This document shows, piece after piece, positions 60,024 through 64,000 of a stretch of 64,000 bases of DNA. Below the pieces are notes generated by a model that was not told the DNA's origin, made no database searches, and was given only the letters and a program-made list of their open reading frames with translations. Origin of the DNA: a candidate division TM6 bacterium GW2011_GWF2_28_16 (GTDB lineage: Bacteria > Patescibacteriota > Microgenomatia > UBA1400 > PJMF01). Where the stretch lies: positions 67,407-131,406 of the forward strand of contig CP011212.1 in assembly GCA_001029715.1 (NCBI GenBank), in the 5' to 3' direction. Numbering within the stretch: position 1 is the stretch's first letter; every line of letters begins with the position of its first letter. The position numbers and the translations under genes are program-made.

Positions 60024-61094
60024 ATGGAATTTCCAGAAGAAATTACTAAAGAAAAATTATCAATTGGGTGTGGGAAAAAATACTTCAACCTATTATTAAT
60101 ATTTGTATCTTTGTTATTTTCTTTAATTTTATTTGAGTTTTACTTAAGAATAATAAAATATCCATATCAGGGTTGTGAAGAAGTTCAGTTAGCCAGCGAG
60201 TCTTGGTTGGGAGAATTTAATAAAGCAACTGGCTGGTCTTACAAGAAATCATTTTCTTATTATGAGGATAATGGTAAGTTTGAATATCATTTTGATAAAA
60301 ATGGCATTAGGGTTGAGAGTGAGAACTATGAAATAAATCATGATAAAAAAATAATAGCTTTCATTGGAGATTCTGTTACTTTTGGAGAAGAGTTGTCTTT
60401 TAAAGATACTTTTCCTGCCAAAATAGGAGAATTACTTGGTGAAGAATTTGAAATTGTAAATTTAGGAGTTCAGGGTTTTGGAACAAGCCAGTCAATGATT
60501 CATTTGAAAAATTTAATCTCTGAAATCAGGCCTGATTTCGTTGTTTATACTTTTATTCCAGATCATATTAATAGAGATATTAATTATGATAGGAGAATTC
60601 ACGTTAAATGTCTTGATTTTAATGGTACTAAGCCTGTTTTTAGAATTGTTGATGGGCAATTAAAGCAAATTAGAAAACCAAAGCTATATAAAACAGTTGA
60701 TAGATTTAAACTTGCTCTATTTTTAGATGATATTTATCAAATTAGTAAAGAAAGAGAACAAATTGAGAGTGGAGATGCAGAAAAAATAACAAAAGAGATT
60801 ATTAATCAGATATCTGAGCTTGTAAGAAATAATGGTGCACAAGATTATTACATATACTACGACAATGTATATGACACCAGCATTTATAGTTATAATGATT
60901 ATCTTGTTAAATATATTTTTGATGGTGATAAAGAAGATAAAGTTTTTAATTTTACTAATTGGGCAATAGATTCTCAAACAAAGGGAAAAAAATATTATGT
61001 TAACGATGAGGATGACTACCATCCTAATGCAAGTTTGTCAGCAGAAATAGCTAAGGGCTTTTTTAATAAATTTAAAGATCATTTTCTTGATTAA
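60024..61094 (+). CDS. SGNH/GDSL hydrolase family protein, membrane-anchored
   Basis: A TM is followed by block I IAFIGDSVTFGEE, then GVQGFGT and a C-terminal DDYHPN (DxxH). Confidence 0.72.
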   Translation: MEFPEEITKEKLSIGCGKKYFNLLLIFVSLLFSLILFEFYLRIIKYPYQGCEEVQLASESWLGEFNKATGWSYKKSFSYYEDNGKFEYHFDKNGIRVESENYEINHDKKIIAFIGDSVTFGEELSFKDTFPAKIGELLGEEFEIVNLGVQGFGTSQSMIHLKNLISEIRPDFVVYTFIPDHINRDINYDRRIHVKCLDFNGTKPVFRIVDGQLKQIRKPKLYKTVDRFKLALFLDDIYQISKEREQIESGDAEKITKEIINQISELVRNNGAQDYYIYYDNVYDTSIYSYNDYLVKYIFDGDKEDKVFNFTNWAIDSQTKGKKYYVNDEDDYHPNASLSAEIAKGFFNKFKDHFLD

Positions 61095-62613
61095 TGTTAA
61101 GTTTTTGAGTTAAGAAATCAAATATGTATTCTGCAAGCAATTGTTGTCCATAATTACTTAAATGAACAAAGTCCCACCAAAGTAATCCCGTAGAATCCTT
61201 TTCTTTTAGAAATTCGTTAGTATCTATAAGATAGACATCATTTTCTTTAGAAATTTTCTTCATTATTGAGTGAAATTGATTTTCAATTCCTTTTTCGTAT
61301 GAATTCGCCTCTAGCATTAAAATTGTTTTAATATTGTTTTTTTTATTTATTTCAATGAACTTTTCAATATTTTTTTTGAAAATTGCTTTGTCTATTTCAT
61401 ATGAAAAATCATTGCTAGATAGATTTATGAATACTATTTTAGGATTTAATTGAATCCACTTTTCTTGATAAAGATCAATTAGTTCTACACTGGTTAAACC
61501 AGATATCCCAGTGTTAACAATATTGATCTTTTTTTTAAAATTAATAATCATTGGTTCTGATTCGGTAGCTTCTTTGGGAGTTTCGATTAGGTTTTTATTA
61601 AGTCTTTCTTCTAGAATAGCCGTAAATGTTTTTTTATATTCAGAGGCACCAGTTCCCTCTGTTTGAGAAGAGCCAATAAACATGATCTTTTGTTCTTCAT
61701 CATGTACGTAAGCATTCATTATTTCGTTTGATATTTTTTCAGTGATATTTTCTATATATTCTTCTTCCTTATTTTTTAAATTATTCAAACCAAAATTTAT
61801 ACTTGGATAATTTCCAACAAAAAAGAAGACAAGATAAAAGTAGTAAATTATTAAGGATATATTAATAGAGATTAAAATTAAAATTAATTTGTCAAAATAA
61901 CTAATTAATATTATAGAGATTATAATTAATGAGAATAAGGATACGAAGAATGGCCAGCTCAGGTGATTTTTGTTTGAAAAATTTTCTTTAAAGATGATTT
62001 TGTTTCCTGTCCTCAATGAAACATTGTCTACTAAACTTTTATGATACGAACCTTTAAAGCCGATTTTAGAAGATTCTTTATCAACGGATACTTCACAGGT
62101 AAACAATTTTTTATTTATTTCTAAGTTTATAAAATTTTCCTTAAAAGTAATTTTGGCATGATTCCACTTACCTACATTTATTCTTAAATTTTCAATTGAA
62201 TTATTAGACAAAAATTTGCCATTTTCGTCAATTTTTAAACAAGAATTTTGTTTAGGATCATCAGCAATTTTTATACTATGCTTATAATTGTCTTTTATAA
62301 ATAAATGGACTATTAGATAGGCCTCTTTTTCAATAAAAAAATCAAACTCCATCTGCTCATAGTTATATTCTGTTTTTGTAATTACCTCTTGAAATCCGTG
62401 CCAAGCTGATAAATCTAAACGCTCAAAGTTAAGTGTTTGCGTTTGAGTGAGAAACTGTTCTGCACCCATTATATCTAACTCTAGTTTTGATTTTTCACTG
62501 TCCCAAGTGTTGCCTTTTTCTAGGGTATTATTGCTGAGTAGATGTATTTTATTAATAATTCCTGATATTAGAATAATTAAAATCAAAGTTGCCAATTTCC
62601 TCTTTATTTTCAT
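61072..62613 (-). CDS. membrane protein with N-terminal beta-sandwich-like domain and C-terminal SGNH-hydrolase-like domain
   Basis: The C-terminal part shows IMFIGSSQTEGTG, GISGLTS and WWDFVHLS (DxxH). Mid-protein TM helices are present. ATG 62613 (MKIKRKLATL..) is preferred over TTG 62637. Confidence 0.6.
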   Translation of the reverse strand: MKIKRKLATLILIILISGIINKIHLLSNNTLEKGNTWDSEKSKLELDIMGAEQFLTQTQTLNFERLDLSAWHGFQEVITKTEYNYEQMEFDFFIEKEAYLIVHLFIKDNYKHSIKIADDPKQNSCLKIDENGKFLSNNSIENLRINVGKWNHAKITFKENFINLEINKKLFTCEVSVDKESSKIGFKGSYHKSLVDNVSLRTGNKIIFKENFSNKNHLSWPFFVSLFSLIIISIILISYFDKLILILISINISLIIYYFYLVFFFVGNYPSINFGLNNLKNKEEEYIENITEKISNEIMNAYVHDEEQKIMFIGSSQTEGTGASEYKKTFTAILEERLNKNLIETPKEATESEPMIINFKKKINIVNTGISGLTSVELIDLYQEKWIQLNPKIVFINLSSNDFSYEIDKAIFKKNIEKFIEINKKNNIKTILMLEANSYEKGIENQFHSIMKKISKENDVYLIDTNEFLKEKDSTGLLWWDFVHLSNYGQQLLAEYIFDFLTQKLNINQENDL

Positions 62614-62629
62614 TTTTTTTAAATAGTGC

Positions 62630-62773
62630 TCAAACAAGCATGTAAATAAATGGACTTATTGGAGAAGTTGTTGAAAAAGCAATTAATAGGGCAAAGATAA
62701 TAAATAAGATTATTGGAGGAATTAACCACCATTTTTTATTTTTCATCAAGTACTCTGCGATTTCTTTAAACAT
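62630..62773 (-). CDS. un-called 47-aa DUF5989-like small membrane protein
   Basis: Hand-translated: MFKEIAEYLMKNKKWWLIPPIILFIIFALLIAFSTTSPISPFIYMLV. The ..KKWWL.P.I......LL......S...PFIY.. pattern and the position right after a carbamoyltransferase match the known DUF5989 context. Confidence 0.6.
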   Translation of the reverse strand: MFKEIAEYLMKNKKWWLIPPIILFIIFALLIAFSTTSPISPFIYMLV

Positions 62774-62777
62774 ATTT

Positions 62778-64000
62778 TTATTTTCCTTTTTTAACCATAT
62801 AGTTGTCTATAACTAGATAGTCAATATCTGTTGTTAAAAAGCAATTAATAGCATCTTTAGGAGTACAAACTATCGGTTCACCTTTTACATTGAAAGAGGT
62901 ATTAATAATAATTGGTATTTTAGTTTTTTTCTTGTAACTTTTAACTAAGTCATAGTATTTTGGATTATCTTCTCTAATTAGTGTTTCTAGTCTTCCACTA
63001 TTATCGACATGGACAACGGCTGGAACTTCTTTAATTCCTTTTTCTTTAAATGGATAAACCATAAGCATCCATCTTGCTGACGGTGATATGTATTCATCTG
63101 TTTTGAAATATTTTTTTGTTTCTTCTTCTAGAATCACTGGGGCAAAAGGTCTAAACATTTCTCTTTTTTTAACTTTTTCATTAATAATATCTCTCATTTT
63201 TGTAGTGGTAGCAGATGCAAGAATGCTTCTATTGCCTAAAGCTCTTGGGCCCCATTCCATTCTTCCTTGAAACCATCCAATTACTTTTTTATTTTTTATT
63301 AAAGCAGCTGTTTTATCGATCAACTCTTGATCATTTTCTATAAATTTATATTTTAATTTATATTTTTTAAGTTCTTTTTCAACTTGATACCACTTGTATT
63401 CTGGACCAAGATAAGGGTGAAATTTTTCTTTATTTGTGAGTTTGCCTGTTAATCTAGTGTAGCTGTAAAGAGCAGCCCCCATTGCTGCTCCAGCATCACT
63501 TGGATCTGGAGGAATGAATATTTTTTTAAAAGGAGTATTGCTTAATATCTTTCCATTTAAAACAGAATTAAGAGCAACGCCACCAGCTAAGCATAGATTT
63601 TTATTTTTATGATTTTTGTAAGTTTGATTTAAAATATTAAAGACTACCTCTTCTAGTTTTAATTGTAGAGCGGCAGCAATATCTTCGTGGTATTTTTTAA
63701 CAATTTCGTCTTTTTTTCTAGCTGGATGACCCAGGAGTTTAGACATTTTTTTAGAAGGCATTTCTTTTGACCAGTCAAAGTCAAAATAATCCATATTTAA
63801 CTGAAAACTACCGTCTGAAAAAACTTCAACAATTTGATCAAATTTTTCTTTATATATATCAGGGTTTCCGTAAGCAGCTAAACCCATAACCTTATATTCG
63901 CTATCATTAGCGCTAAAACCAAGATAAGTCGTAAGAGTACTATAGAGTAGTCCAAGGGAATGCGGAAAATTAATTTGTTTCTCTATTTTTATTTTTTTAC
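62778..64000 (-). CDS. carbamoyltransferase (NodU/CmcH family), 5' end beyond the window
   Basis: Shows MGLAAYG, GGVALNS and NTSFNVKGEPIVCTP. The frame stays open upstream of the ORF-track ATG (...HSLGLLYSTLTTYLGFSANDSEYKV-MGLAAYG) to nt 64000. Confidence 0.88.
   Translation of the reverse strand, partial: KKIKIEKQINFPHSLGLLYSTLTTYLGFSANDSEYKVMGLAAYGNPDIYKEKFDQIVEVFSDGSFQLNMDYFDFDWSKEMPSKKMSKLLGHPARKKDEIVKKYHEDIAAALQLKLEEVVFNILNQTYKNHKNKNLCLAGGVALNSVLNGKILSNTPFKKIFIPPDPSDAGAAMGAALYSYTRLTGKLTNKEKFHPYLGPEYKWYQVEKELKKYKLKYKFIENDQELIDKTAALIKNKKVIGWFQGRMEWGPRALGNRSILASATTTKMRDIINEKVKKREMFRPFAPVILEEETKKYFKTDEYISPSARWMLMVYPFKEKGIKEVPAVVHVDNSGRLETLIREDNPKYYDLVKSYKKKTKIPIIINTSFNVKGEPIVCTPKDAINCFLTTDIDYLVIDNYMVKKGK

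Noticed and set aside
1-64000. Alternative genetic code (UGA recoding, as in some CPR lineages)
   Set aside because: TGA terminates well-delimited genes at tight operon junctions, for example the sigma-factor stop in the ATGA overlap at 10710-10713 and the methyltransferase stop at 34070-34068. Conserved proteins are full length under the standard code.

Overview
This is a gene-dense, visibly AT-rich bacterial chromosome segment. It uses the standard genetic code: TAA, TAG and TGA all end well-supported genes, and many neighbouring genes overlap by 1-20 nt. I support about 70 protein genes and one tRNA. I saw no rRNA, CRISPR array, transposase or integrase.

The gene content looks like a Candidate Phyla Radiation / Patescibacteria genome. 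The relevant genes are a DUF4012 protein, seven tandem TrbC/VirB2-like 'T4SS pilin' genes, a VirD4/TraD-like ATPase and a Lig1-type ATP-dependent DNA ligase, and regulators are very few. This assignment is inference only, since no search was possible.

Layout:
- 0-7.1 kb: L25, valS, idi, uppS.
- 7.1-10.1 kb: pilin-like array, divergent from an ECF sigma factor.
- 10-21 kb: recF, nnrD, Fic, DNA ligase, lipid glycosyltransferase, pth, MFS transporter, polyprenyl synthase, racemase.
- 21.1-27.7 kb: a complete mevalonate operon of archaeal flavour.
- 28.2 kb: tRNA-Ile with the rare UAU anticodon.
- 28.3-30.7 kb: two Cys-rich surface proteins.
- 30.8-34.1 kb: the most unusual locus. It holds an ABC-2 permease, an ABC ATPase fused to a TM-less SipW/Sec11-type peptidase domain, a PqqD-like RRE protein and a QueC-like PP-loop ATPase. 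An un-called 22-codon ORF carrying a YxxPxL leader motif lies in the convergent spacer. The functional logic resembles a lasso-peptide (RiPP) cluster, but the parts are not the lasso ones.
- 34-50 kb: a roughly 15-gene envelope-glycan locus. It contains mosaic duplicated GT2 genes and divergent gene pairs that overlap at their 5' ends.
- 50-53.3 kb: pgk, rpsA, priming sugar transferase.
- 53.36-53.53 kb: a 166-nt rod-like RNA candidate on the minus strand.
- 53.5-60 kb: unknown proteins, GH3, DUF192, T4SS-type ATPase.
- 60-64 kb: SGNH hydrolases, a DUF5989-like mini-protein, and a carbamoyltransferase that runs off the window.

All coordinates for hairpins, motifs and revised start codons were derived by hand from the sequence.
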